DNA of 64,000 nucleotides from Planctomycetota bacterium (GTDB lineage: Bacteria > Planctomycetota > PLA2 > JAEUHO01): NCBI GenBank assembly GCA_965222115.1, contig CBDCTJ010000003.1, forward strand, positions 192,001 through 256,000, in the 5' to 3' direction. The notes under the pieces are model-generated. The model did no database searches, was not told the DNA's origin, and worked only from the letters and a program-made list of their open reading frames with translations. Position 1 is the stretch's first letter. The number at the start of each line of letters is the position of its first letter. The position numbers and the translations under genes are program-made. Shown piece after piece: positions 1 through 9,725 of the stretch.

Positions 1-1
1 T

Positions 2-637
2 CGCACCGATATCGCCGAAGCCATGGATATGCCACCGGCGCTCAACCTGGGTCCGCCCAGATCGAAGGATCATGAGCCGTCTGCAATCTGCGAGTTGCCT
101 TCCCGTGACGATCTCTATCGCATGGCGATGGCGCGCCAACCCGACGTACTTCGTGCGGAGGCCCACGCTGCCGCCACCGACTTGGTAACCAGCTTTGCCT
201 GCGAGGGGCTACCGAAGCAGGATGAGATTCCCGCCGACGTTTCCGACATCAACGCCTATCGCCTCAAGTTGTCTGCTGCGCGCCAAGTGTGTCGCGTGGC
301 ACGTGAGACCTCGCGCAGCGCCCAACGCCGCTGGCACTCCGTGCGCAACCGTACCGTGATCGCCATCTCCGATGCCGTTCATCGCTTTGGCGACGCCTGC
401 GAACGCATCGAACAATATTCACTGGCCCTCCCCAAGGCCGAACTCGCGGTCGCCGATGCTCTCAAGCAATACGACGGCGAGCACATTGACGCGCCGTCGC
501 TCATCGCGGCCATTCTTCAGCGCAGGAATATCGAACAAGAACGACACGCCGCGTTTCGTGACTTGGCTACCGCGCGCGTGAAACTCGACGGGGTTGTCGG
601 CAGAACAGTGATCCCGACGCCTCGACGACCTCAATAA
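2..637 (+). CDS. TolC/CzcC-family outer membrane efflux protein, C-terminal part (5' truncated by window edge)
   Basis: Frame is open back to the window start; helical OEP-like pattern (LPSRDDLYRMAMARQPDV..., ALPKAELAVADALKQYDGE, terminal ATARVKLDGVVG). Confidence 0.6.
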   Translation, partial: RTDIAEAMDMPPALNLGPPRSKDHEPSAICELPSRDDLYRMAMARQPDVLRAEAHAAATDLVTSFACEGLPKQDEIPADVSDINAYRLKLSAARQVCRVARETSRSAQRRWHSVRNRTVIAISDAVHRFGDACERIEQYSLALPKAELAVADALKQYDGEHIDAPSLIAAILQRRNIEQERHAAFRDLATARVKLDGVVGRTVIPTPRRPQ

Positions 638-2169
638 CCGCGATACGCCGTTTGCAATGCCAACAATGTAAGCGCCATCTGCTCAATGCCGGACCCGTTG
701 GTGCGCACGCCGCCCGAGTCGGCAGTAGCAATCGTGCTAATCCACGCGGGTGCATGGGCGGAGAGCCACGAGCGCACCTTGTCGTGTGACAACCGCTTTT
801 CAGACCGCGACGACATGGCACGCATCATGACGGCGCCACGAAGCCATGCACGCAGTTCATCGCTGAGCGCCCCGTCGGCATCGACATCACTTGCTGAAGC
901 CAACCACGTCTCTTGACTGGACGCATCGGGGGCCTGAAAACCGGCTCGCACGAACGCGCTCTTGCCCATGTTCAACCAGACGCTCGTGAGCGCGTCGCCC
1001 TCTAAATCGGGCGCAGCCTTAGCAAGCGCTTCGCCAAGAACATGCAACTCGCGACTGCGCTGCCGTACCTCGCGCACGCTGAGCGATCCGTAGCTCAACA
1101 TAAAATCTTCCGCCAGGGCGGTGGTCGCGCAACCCAACTCCACCGACGAAAGGCCACGTACGAGGGAGGGTTCTTCGGTCCCCCGAATTTCGCCGCTCCC
1201 CTGAATGACGCGCTTGCGAATCCAGTCCACGCCACGCTTCACCACGCGCTGCGCGTCGACGCCCGCCTCCTCAAGCGCGCTCCCCTTGCCTTCGCCGAGG
1301 AATGGCAAAAGTGCGAGTGCGGTGGAGTGAATCGTCGATCCCTGCTTGGGTGGCGGGAACGAACCATCTTCGGACTGACGGTGGCGCAAGTAAGTAAGTC
1401 CACGTCGCATGGCGCGCATGGTTTCGCGCCCATCCAGACCCATGAGCTTGAGTTTACGCCGCTTCAGTTCATCGGAACGGCGAACGAACATCGCGGGGGC
1501 AACATGCAGAGGGTGATCAAAGGCCAATGCCCCGGACGCTGCGGGACCAATCGGCGCAGAACGCTCCCTATCACTTCCCGACAACACGGAATCAAAGTCG
1601 GTATCGCGCTCGACCTCATCGGGAAATTGCAATAGCGCTTCATCGGGCACATCGACCGCTAAGCCGTCGGCATGGCTTTGAAACAGCTCTGCTTGACGAA
1701 ACGAATAGAGATCCACGCTCTCAGGTGCGGGTTCGAAGCGCGCCTCAAAGCGTTGATCGTTGGTCGGGGTCTTGGCTTGATCGCGAGTGAACCACCAGAG
1801 CGTGCCCAACGCCAACACATGGGCAGCTACCGACCACGCAAACACATTCGCTAAGCGGCGTCGGCGACGGGCTCGACGCGTCAAACGTGTTTTTGGAGCG
1901 CGCGCGCGCGCATCTTCATCGGCGCGCACATTCTTTCGCACGAGATAGGCCACGCGCTTGGCCTCTTGCTCGCCGCCCAACAGCTCAACGGTGCGCGCTG
2001 CGCTCATGGCTTCGAGATCGAGCAGTGCGCGCCAGCGTTCTGTTAGATCAGATGCTGTCGAATCTGATTCCCCGTTTGGCGTCACACGCGCTTCGCCCGT
2101 CGCGCGCGGCTCGATGGCATCGACGACCTCGGACAGGTCGTGATCTGGATTGGTGGGATCACACGTCAT
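631..2169 (-). CDS. Single-pass membrane protein with prenyltransferase/squalene-cyclase-like repeat domain; putative anti-sigma partner of the adjacent ECF sigma factor
   Basis: Basic stretch then TM helix (FAWSVAAHVLALGTLWWF); RGLTYLRHRQSEDGSF, TALALLPFLGEG and VKRGVDWI motifs; directly downstream of the ECF gene. Confidence 0.65.
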   Translation of the reverse strand: MTCDPTNPDHDLSEVVDAIEPRATGEARVTPNGESDSTASDLTERWRALLDLEAMSAARTVELLGGEQEAKRVAYLVRKNVRADEDARARAPKTRLTRRARRRRRLANVFAWSVAAHVLALGTLWWFTRDQAKTPTNDQRFEARFEPAPESVDLYSFRQAELFQSHADGLAVDVPDEALLQFPDEVERDTDFDSVLSGSDRERSAPIGPAASGALAFDHPLHVAPAMFVRRSDELKRRKLKLMGLDGRETMRAMRRGLTYLRHRQSEDGSFPPPKQGSTIHSTALALLPFLGEGKGSALEEAGVDAQRVVKRGVDWIRKRVIQGSGEIRGTEEPSLVRGLSSVELGCATTALAEDFMLSYGSLSVREVRQRSRELHVLGEALAKAAPDLEGDALTSVWLNMGKSAFVRAGFQAPDASSQETWLASASDVDADGALSDELRAWLRGAVMMRAMSSRSEKRLSHDKVRSWLSAHAPAWISTIATADSGGVRTNGSGIEQMALTLLALQTAYRGY

Positions 2170-2238
2170 GATTGCTGGGAAATCGCCTTCTAGGGAATCG
2201 AGGGATAGAACGGTTCCAGGGGGTTGAACGGGGTCGCG

Positions 2239-2823
2239 CTAAGGCGGTTCAACGCCGGCTGCGAGAAGTTCCTTTCGGAGGTGGCGCATGGCGGCGTGCA
2301 TACGGCTCTTCACGGTCCCCACGGGGATCTCAAGAATCTCGCCAATCTCCTGATAGCGCAGAAGTTCCACGCGTGCGAGCACAAAGACCTCCCTTTGGGC
2401 CTGGCCCATGGTGGCCACGGCGCGCTCCAAAATGCGGGCGAGATGGAGTCGCTGCTGGGCGGCGGGCTCCTCCGGGCGCTCATCGGGAAGCGTCGAGACC
2501 CACGAGCGCTCGCCGTCGCCTCCACCGGCATCGAGAGACGCGGGCGGGGGGCTGGATTGGCGCTTTCGATAGCGGTCAATCCAATGGTTGCGGGCCACTC
2601 GGAACGCGTATGTCACAAACTTCGAGCGCGGTTGATACCCACGACGCGAGCGGTAGATCTTGGTAAAGACCTCTTGCGCACAATCTTCTGCGGTCGCCGC
2701 ATCGGCCCCTTGACGACGAAAATACCCAATCAGCCGTGGCCAAAGCGACGTGACGAGTGGCTCAAACGCCGAGTCGTCTCCCGCCGCCACGCGAATCATG
2801 AGTTCCGTTAACGGATCCGCCAC
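2239..2823 (-). CDS. ECF (sigma-70 group 4) RNA polymerase sigma factor
   Basis: Region 2 AEDCAQEVF...FVTYAFRVARNHWID; region 4 YQEIGEILEIPVGTVKSRMHAA. Confidence 0.95.
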   Translation of the reverse strand: MADPLTELMIRVAAGDDSAFEPLVTSLWPRLIGYFRRQGADAATAEDCAQEVFTKIYRSRRGYQPRSKFVTYAFRVARNHWIDRYRKRQSSPPPASLDAGGGDGERSWVSTLPDERPEEPAAQQRLHLARILERAVATMGQAQREVFVLARVELLRYQEIGEILEIPVGTVKSRMHAAMRHLRKELLAAGVEPP

Positions 2824-3259
2824 AGACGCCTCAACTCTCGATGAATGAACGGGCCCCCTACCGGGAGATGCGGGCGGACCGGGCAGTAGACACTGTAGCG
2901 GAACTTAGGGCAATCGGCGCAAAGTAGGCGTCCTACAGGAACGAGGGCCTTGGACATGGGCTCCGGCAGCGAATTCGTGTTTTGACAGCGCCCGCAAGTT
3001 TCTTCGGCTCAGAATCTCGGTATCCGCCTAAATGGACAATTTCTTGAAGGCTACACGCAAACCCCAATTGGCGAACTTGGTGGGAAAAGACTCGACATGG
3101 TGTCTGCAGGCCTCCAACAGGATGCTCATCGAAGACAGGCAAACTCGCATCGCGGGATCTTAGGCAAATTCCTTCACGAAGAAACCCCGGCTGACATCAA
3201 AGTCTGCCGGGGTTATCGAGAAGCGCATACGTCATCGTACCGCAGTAGATGTAAGCGAG

Positions 3260-3874
3260 CTATTCAGTGGCGATCTGGGACGTAGCCCATATGGCGACAG
3301 GCACGAGCTCCATGTTTTCGTTGAGTTCAGTTACAACGGAAACGTGCATTCCTGCGCGCAGGTCTTCCCACGTCGCCAATGCCTCATCAACGTAGATGGT
3401 CGATTCGTAGGGGAACTCGAACCACCACGTTAGAAGTTCACCCTCGAATTCGATCAACACCGCAATACTGTCGTCGCCTGCTGCAGGATCGATCAGCTCC
3501 AGATAACCATCGTTGTACTGCGGTATCGTCATGTCGCAGATCATCCGAGTGACCATAGGCTCACCAGAATCCGATGTCTCAATAAATAGGCGACAGCTCA
3601 TGCCGGCCTGGATTGAGCGCGGCTCGATCTCCCAACCGTCCCATGTGATGCCGTCCATGTTGTCATACGCAAATGTCTGCGTGCCGAGCTTGCCGACATA
3701 CTCAACCGTCACGGTCATCGCATCGCGATCCGTATCGATGACGGTGCCCACGCGCATGCTCTTCTGCGGAGACGCCTTGGAAGCGTCTGCGAGTGCCACG
3801 TCGTTTGGTGCCGTCAATCCAAGTACAAGCCAAACTATTGGCGCCAGTACCGCTACGTGAATCAATCGATTCAT
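3260..3874 (-). CDS. Secreted hypothetical protein with two tandem OB-fold-like (DUF5666-like) repeats
   Basis: GGAGG RBS before ATG; signal peptide; two similar units ending IQAGMSCRLF and LRAGMHVSVV. Confidence 0.65.
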   Translation of the reverse strand: MNRLIHVAVLAPIVWLVLGLTAPNDVALADASKASPQKSMRVGTVIDTDRDAMTVTVEYVGKLGTQTFAYDNMDGITWDGWEIEPRSIQAGMSCRLFIETSDSGEPMVTRMICDMTIPQYNDGYLELIDPAAGDDSIAVLIEFEGELLTWWFEFPYESTIYVDEALATWEDLRAGMHVSVVTELNENMELVPVAIWATSQIATE

Positions 3875-4368
3875 GTGTCAACCTCCATAAGTGCCGCGGG
3901 ATCGTAGTAAGCAGGGACAGTCGGCACAATCTCACTCATGAGCCATGATTCGCGTGAGAGCGAACTCTTCGACCGATTCAACCGAATTTGGCATTCTTGT
4001 GTCGTCTATGCTCATACTTCGCAACATTCGCAGGTCGATGTTTAGAGATTTGAGCGTACGAATTGCTTACGAGGAAAGTCGCTCGACTTAGATCGTAGTC
4101 GCGCGTTGGCGCTCGAATGTGCATTGACGACGTGTTCGCACCCAAGCGATAGGATTCTGTGCCGCGTTTTTGTCACCCAATTGGTGACTCTTGACCCGCA
4201 CGCATTCGAGCGCGTTATGGATACCGAGATGGAATGAAAGGGTCAGTACTGCTTATCCGGCGTGTACGGGCGAAAGAACGGTTCTGTACCGAATTCTGAA
4301 CCATCCACCCGACGCACCAAAGCACAAATCCGCCACCCGGCCAACGCCGCGTGCTGTGGGGCACGCTC

Positions 4369-4641
4369 CTAGCCTCCTGAAATGGCCTGGACAATAAGGA
4401 TTTCGTCCCCGTCGCTGAGCGTGTGTTCGCCGAACGTGGCGCGAGGCAGGACTCGTCCATTGAGTGCACACAGCACGTGAGGACGAAGCGCGCCCTTGCC
4501 TTCCAAGATGTGGGCTCGAAGTCGTGGCAGCATCGCACACGCTGCCTCGAGTCCTTCTCCGACCGTTTTGCCTTCTACGCGCACGCGATCGGCCCCGACG
4601 GCAACTTTAAGCACTGAAGGGAGCCGAAGGGTCGCGCTCAA
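4369..4641 (-). CDS. MoaD/ThiS-family ubiquitin-like (beta-grasp) sulfur-carrier protein
   Basis: LRLPSVL...GKTVGEGLE...LRPHVLCALNG...LSDGDEILIVQAISGG with C-terminal diglycine; TTG start overlaps the upstream TGA (TTGA at 4641-4638). Confidence 0.9.
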   Translation of the reverse strand: MSATLRLPSVLKVAVGADRVRVEGKTVGEGLEAACAMLPRLRAHILEGKGALRPHVLCALNGRVLPRATFGEHTLSDGDEILIVQAISGG

Positions 4642-5759
4642 GACACGACTGCCACAGTTACAGAGAGAATGCCGGGCAGGTGCTGCGCGATGATGCTCCA
4701 ACTCACGCCGCCGTCGTTGCTGGCAAAGAGCGAACCACCTTGCGTACCGAAGTAGACACCGCAGGGATCGAGTGTGTCATTCGTTAGGGCTTGGCGAAGC
4801 ACGCTCACATGCGCATGCCGCCGGGGTAATCCGCGGTTGCGCTTGCGCCACTTCTTTCTTCGACCGTACTCGTAGATCGCCAACTCGCCGTCCGTGGCGC
4901 GAAAGCTATAGTCCACATGGGCAAGGGGGATCACGAAGCAGGAATGCGGGTCTTGCGCATGCAACGCGAGCCCGAATCCAAAGTCCGATGGGAGACCGCC
5001 GTCGATGCGCTCCCAGCCCTCCCCCGCATCGATCGACTTGTAAACGCCTACGTGATTTTGCTGGTAGAGAAGACCCGGAACCTCCGGGTGCGCGAGCAGC
5101 TTATGCACTCAAGTGAATACTTCGCTCTGCTCCGGCGCGCCGACGTAGCTGGCGACGCAGCTATTGATGGGCTTCCACGTGGTACCACCGTCGTCTGAGC
5201 GAAACGCTCCCGCAGCAGAAATAGCCGCGTACATGCGAGCCGAATCGCCAGCGTCAAACTGGATGCTGTGCAGGCACTGTCCGCCCGCCCCAGGCGTCCA
5301 GTCCTTACGCGTCTTGTGCTTGTTAAGACCGTCCACCGGCTCCCACGTCTTCCCGCGATCCTCGCTGCGGAAAAGTCCAGCGGGTGCGGTGCCCATGTAG
5401 AGCACGCTCCTTTGCTTGGCCGGGCCTGGCGTGATGTTCCATATCTTCGGCGACGCATCGAGCCCGAATTGCTTAGCAAACTTTGACGCCTTCGGATTGA
5501 GCTTCGGAAACGTGGGCAGACGCTCGGCTGCCTTGAATTTCAAAGTGCGTAGCGGCGCGGACTGCACTGTTACACCGAACGCGTAGTGCGACGCACCCGC
5601 ATGAAGTTTTGGTGCACCGCGTGTATCGATCACCGCGTAGGGAACCTGCCAACCCCGTAGCAGTGGCTCGGAAACGCTCCACCGCTTACGTCCGACGCCT
5701 CCCTCGACAAGAAACAGTCCGCGCTTTGTGCCGACCGATAGGATTACACGTCGTGCCAT
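4638..5759 (-). CDS. BNR/Asp-box beta-propeller (sialidase-like annotated family) protein, 373 aa, with in-frame TGA at 5111-5109 (codon 217); candidate selenoprotein
   Basis: ORFs 5109..5846 and 4638..5108 are contiguous in one frame (SEVFT-TGA-VHKLLAHP); Asp-boxes SEDRGKTW, SDDGGTTW, SIDAGEGW, SNDGGVSW lie on both sides of the TGA; GGAGG RBS before ATG 5759; N-terminal VGTKRGLF motif. Confidence 0.85.
5060..5108 (-). promoter_or_regulatory. Putative bacterial SECIS element
   Basis: mRNA after the UGA: GUGCAUAAGCUGCUCGCGC-ACCCGGA-GGU-UCCGGGU-CUUCUCUACCAGC; perfect 7-bp stem (5073-5089), GGU loop 26 nt after the UGA, possible lower GCUG/CAGC pairing. Confidence 0.65.
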
Positions 5760-5975
5760 GGATGACCTCCGGGTGTAGGCGATTCCCGCCCACCGATGTC
5801 TACGCGGTAACTTTACCACGTGGCCCAATTCGGTTGGAAGCCGCACAATTGTGCCCGCTTCCTATTCACGCAGAGTTAACCAACACAACCACATCAACGT
5901 TCACGTCCGCGCGCACGGCCTCGCTTGGCGATCTTGGCGCCCTTGGTGAGCCCCTTCTTCTTCCAAGATGTACCG

Positions 5976-8900
5976 CTACCTAATGTCGACCCGAAGCGTG
6001 CAGCGTGCGACACGGCCTTCGGCAATCACCAGAGGTTGCTCGACGACATGCGCCGGTGACCCATCGACGCGCACTCGAACGGTGTAGGGACCGGGTCGCA
6101 GATCGGGAATAACAAGCGAACCATCTTCGGTGAGCCGCCTCGTTCGCTTGCCTACCGAGGCATCGGAGACTTCAGGTAAGTGAACGAGCGGTAGCGATTC
6201 GCCCCGTTGAAAGAGCGATACTTCGGCACCGCGCAGCACATGCCCGGCGCTGTCCTCAATGCGCACGTGCGCCGATCCCGATGGCACGAGCGTAAGTTTG
6301 ACCGTAGAAAGTCGGCCGGATCGCACGGGAATTAGCGACGACATCGCCCGGCCATAACCCTGCGCATGGACGCGCACGCACGCGCTTCCAATGGCCACGC
6401 CTTCGAGCAAGAGTTTGCCGTCCATGCCGGTGGTGAGCGTGGAGCGGTGCAAAGGATGTCCATCGGCATCGTGAATCACAACCGTCGCATCCGGCACGCT
6501 CTGTTTCGATTTGTCGATGGCCCACACCTCAATGCGTCCACCGTGGCTGAAGCGAAGATCCATGGAAATCGTATGACCGGCTTTGTCGCTCTGCATATTG
6601 TCGGCGAGTAGCGGTGGCCATCCCTCGGCTCGAACTTCCACGTTGTAGCGTCCGTAGGGAACGCCCGCAATTCGAAAGCGACCCAACGCATCACTGCGCC
6701 CGCGGGCTTCAAAGACAGGGCCGTCATAGCTCTTGGACGCTTTGTTGCCCATCCATGTCGCAATGACGTCGGCCTCCAACACGGGATCGCCAAAGGCGTC
6801 AACCACCGTGCCTTCAAGCAACGCGTCATACACTTCGAGCTCCACCTCGACGTCTTGTCCCTCGTTAAGTTGAACGACGTGCTCTACTTGCATCGCGGCG
6901 TCGGTCTGGCGCAGGCGATAACGACCGGGTGGAATGCCACGAACCGAAAAGCGTCCGTACTCGTCACTTCGCAGTGCGTGACGGCGGAAATAGGCCGACG
7001 CACCTACGTCGGTAAGTAGCAACTCAAGCGATACGCCCGCCGCACCCTCGCCCCCGTCGCGACGAATGATGCCCGACAGGTGCGTATCACTGGAATCGCG
7101 AAAGGTAACTTCGCTGCGCTTCTCATTGGCCACATCCACGAGCACCGTCTGATCGGCGGGCACCTCGATGCCACGTACACGGCGAAACAGTCGGTAGGAA
7201 CCGGGTTGCAATCCGTCGAGCTCTGCGATGCCCTGCTCCGACGTCACCATGCGCCATGTGGGACCCACATCGTCCGATCGAGTAACCGCAATCATCGCGC
7301 CATCGACCGGCTCCCCATTGCTTGCTTCGGCGCGAACCACAATCGTACCGCCGTTGGTCATGTTGATCGGGGGCAACACGAGCACTTCGTTGGGAGGGAG
7401 CCGCACAATTTGTGTATGCACGCCACCATCGGGCGTGACCACCGTAAGCCGCCAAAGACCGGAAGCGATCTCGTCGTAGGCAAACGCGCCGTTGTCGCGC
7501 GTGGTCGTGACGCGTTTGCACCCCGGCCCATAACGCGCCATGCCGGGACCCTGTAGGCGCTCGGCTTGAATGCGCGCGCCAAACACGGGCTTTCCGTCGG
7601 CGTCAAATACGGAACCCGCAAGGCGCGAGATGGGCATGAGCGTGAGCGAGACGCCGTCCACATTGTCGGTTTTCACCAACACGCTTTGAACATCGCTGTC
7701 GCGCAGGCCCTGCACGGCACGCAACTCGTACCGACCCGGGGGAACGTCTTCGATCGTAAAGCTAATGCTCGACCCTTCGTCTTCCGTGGGATAGGTCCCG
7801 ACCTCGCGAAACGAATAGACATCCTCTTTGGCGTTGTACACGCTGGCGTAAAGCGAGACATGAATGCGTTCGTCGCGGTCGCTATCTTCGACGCGGCCCG
7901 AAATGGACACAACAGGCGGGATCACCAAATCAATGGCGGATTCAATGCCGGGCATAACCTGATCGCGCTGCGCCAACACGTGACTCGACTGCTCACCTCG
8001 TCCCAAGACTTCAAACACCAACGGGTCGGATGGGAGTCCGTCCATTTGAAATGTGCCGTCTTGACGGGATTGAATGACCTTGGTGAAGTCACTGCGATGC
8101 GCACGCGCTCGTACCGAGTAGGCGTTACGTACGGGCCCGGTAAGACGACGCACCGCGCCAGAGATCTCGTGAAGTCGAGTTAGCGTGGCCTCCACATCCC
8201 GCACTGTTCCCGACGAAGGAAAGAACTCTTTGCCACGCGCGAGTTGGTAGCCGGGCGCGGAAATGGTCCAAACCACATCGTCTTCCGGCATGTGCGCAAT
8301 GACCGCAAGCCCCTCGGCGTCAGTCGTCGCAGTCAACCTCGGCATGAATTCGGTGTCCCAGATCGAGAAGGCCTCCTTGGCCATGGGATGGGCTGTCACT
8401 TTGGCGTCGGGAACCGGTTTTCCATGAATGTCGCGCGTCTTCACGCGCAGTGACCACGCCGGCTTGACGGCGATATCCCCCACGTCGTTGGCGCCGCCCG
8501 GTGTGACATCCAGAAGCTTGTCGAGCACCGGCATGATCGCGTCGCTCACCAGCAAAATGCGATAGTCGGATGCCGGAGTAACGCCATTGATTTCGAACTG
8601 CCCGTTCTCATCGCTCATTACAGGTTGTGGCACCGCAATTCGGCTTCGCGCGTTGGACGAGTTTGGCGGACGCACCAGCGAAACCGTGACGCCTGCCACC
8701 GGTTTCTCATCGGACCAAATCACACGACCGCGCACCGTCGTTCGTCGTCGCGCAAACCAAAGCTCGCGTTCGTTGACGCGAATGTCATCCACCTGCACAA
8801 GTGTATGGGGATCGGCCAATGTCCACAGGGGATCGGCCATCTCGACGCGATACACACCCGGTTGCAATCCCGTAAAGAGAAAGCGCCCCTTGTCGTCAAC

Positions 8901-9725
8901 AACAGTTTCAAGCGGCGCTTCGTCTTCAAGCGCCGACTCGTCTTCTGTGGGTGTGCGAGTGAGCCGCTTTGCAACCGCACCGCCCTCACCCCGGGGTAGC
9001 GGCGTCAATCGAACGCGCGCACCTACGGCGTAGACTTCGCCGTGCGCATCCGCATCCATCACGCGACCGCGCAGTTCGATGCCCTGTCGCAGCGTAATTC
9101 CCTTGGCCTCACCGCCCGATTCCGCGCGTCCCAGATACTGCAACCGCCCTGTAGGCGTCCTCAGGAGCAATGAGTAAATCCCTGGGGCGAGATGATCAAA
9201 TGCGTAGCTGCCATCGTCGCTACTCGTCGCGACGGAAGCCAAGTCGCCCTTGTCGGAGGGCAATGCATAGACGACAGGCCGCGCCTTCTTCGTGGCACCC
9301 AACAGCTTGACCGTGCCGTGCAAGCGCTTGCCTTCAAGCAATCGCAATGTGACCGTCGTCATCGTCGTATCGCTTGGCACACGAACGGATGCATGGCCGG
9401 GTGCCCACACGACATAGTCGCCAGGGATTTGTCCTGACGGCTTCTTGGCTGCGAGGTAGTCCTCGATCATGCCGTCTTTATTGCTATGGGCACGAACGTC
9501 GCGACGCGGATCAAAGAGTGGTAGGTGATGCACGTGCTCTGTGACCCAACTCACGCGGGCACCCTGGAATGGACGTCCGGTCTTACCCAAGACCTGAATG
9601 CGCGCGGGCCAACTCGCTTTGGGCGTCGCGTCTTCTTTGGCAACGGATTGCGATTCAGTAACAAGCACCGCGCTACAAACAAGCAGCGTTGACATCAACA
9701 ACGTGGCGCCAAACCTCATCGTCAT
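5976..9725 (-). CDS. Large secreted protein with many carboxypeptidase-regulatory-like (transthyretin-like/Ig) repeats
   Basis: Signal peptide; recurring GRV-D-xG-PV-GA-V...TDxxGxF...L-PG-Y motifs; ATGA overlap with the tsaE stop. Confidence 0.8.
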   Translation of the reverse strand: MTMRFGATLLMSTLLVCSAVLVTESQSVAKEDATPKASWPARIQVLGKTGRPFQGARVSWVTEHVHHLPLFDPRRDVRAHSNKDGMIEDYLAAKKPSGQIPGDYVVWAPGHASVRVPSDTTMTTVTLRLLEGKRLHGTVKLLGATKKARPVVYALPSDKGDLASVATSSDDGSYAFDHLAPGIYSLLLRTPTGRLQYLGRAESGGEAKGITLRQGIELRGRVMDADAHGEVYAVGARVRLTPLPRGEGGAVAKRLTRTPTEDESALEDEAPLETVVDDKGRFLFTGLQPGVYRVEMADPLWTLADPHTLVQVDDIRVNERELWFARRRTTVRGRVIWSDEKPVAGVTVSLVRPPNSSNARSRIAVPQPVMSDENGQFEINGVTPASDYRILLVSDAIMPVLDKLLDVTPGGANDVGDIAVKPAWSLRVKTRDIHGKPVPDAKVTAHPMAKEAFSIWDTEFMPRLTATTDAEGLAVIAHMPEDDVVWTISAPGYQLARGKEFFPSSGTVRDVEATLTRLHEISGAVRRLTGPVRNAYSVRARAHRSDFTKVIQSRQDGTFQMDGLPSDPLVFEVLGRGEQSSHVLAQRDQVMPGIESAIDLVIPPVVSISGRVEDSDRDERIHVSLYASVYNAKEDVYSFREVGTYPTEDEGSSISFTIEDVPPGRYELRAVQGLRDSDVQSVLVKTDNVDGVSLTLMPISRLAGSVFDADGKPVFGARIQAERLQGPGMARYGPGCKRVTTTRDNGAFAYDEIASGLWRLTVVTPDGGVHTQIVRLPPNEVLVLPPINMTNGGTIVVRAEASNGEPVDGAMIAVTRSDDVGPTWRMVTSEQGIAELDGLQPGSYRLFRRVRGIEVPADQTVLVDVANEKRSEVTFRDSSDTHLSGIIRRDGGEGAAGVSLELLLTDVGASAYFRRHALRSDEYGRFSVRGIPPGRYRLRQTDAAMQVEHVVQLNEGQDVEVELEVYDALLEGTVVDAFGDPVLEADVIATWMGNKASKSYDGPVFEARGRSDALGRFRIAGVPYGRYNVEVRAEGWPPLLADNMQSDKAGHTISMDLRFSHGGRIEVWAIDKSKQSVPDATVVIHDADGHPLHRSTLTTGMDGKLLLEGVAIGSACVRVHAQGYGRAMSSLIPVRSGRLSTVKLTLVPSGSAHVRIEDSAGHVLRGAEVSLFQRGESLPLVHLPEVSDASVGKRTRRLTEDGSLVIPDLRPGPYTVRVRVDGSPAHVVEQPLVIAEGRVARCTLRVDIR

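Noticed and set aside
2824-4368. tRNA (including tRNA-Sec) or ncRNA in the intergenic gaps around 3260-3874
   Set aside because: No T-loop GTTCRA with cloverleaf pairing or other recognisable RNA structure found by eye
5109-5111. Genome-wide UGA reassignment (Trp/Gly) as the explanation for the in-frame TGA
   Set aside because: Many genes here end correctly at TGA (e.g. tsaE, moaC, thiL, deaD) and Trp is encoded by TGG, so any readthrough must be site-specific
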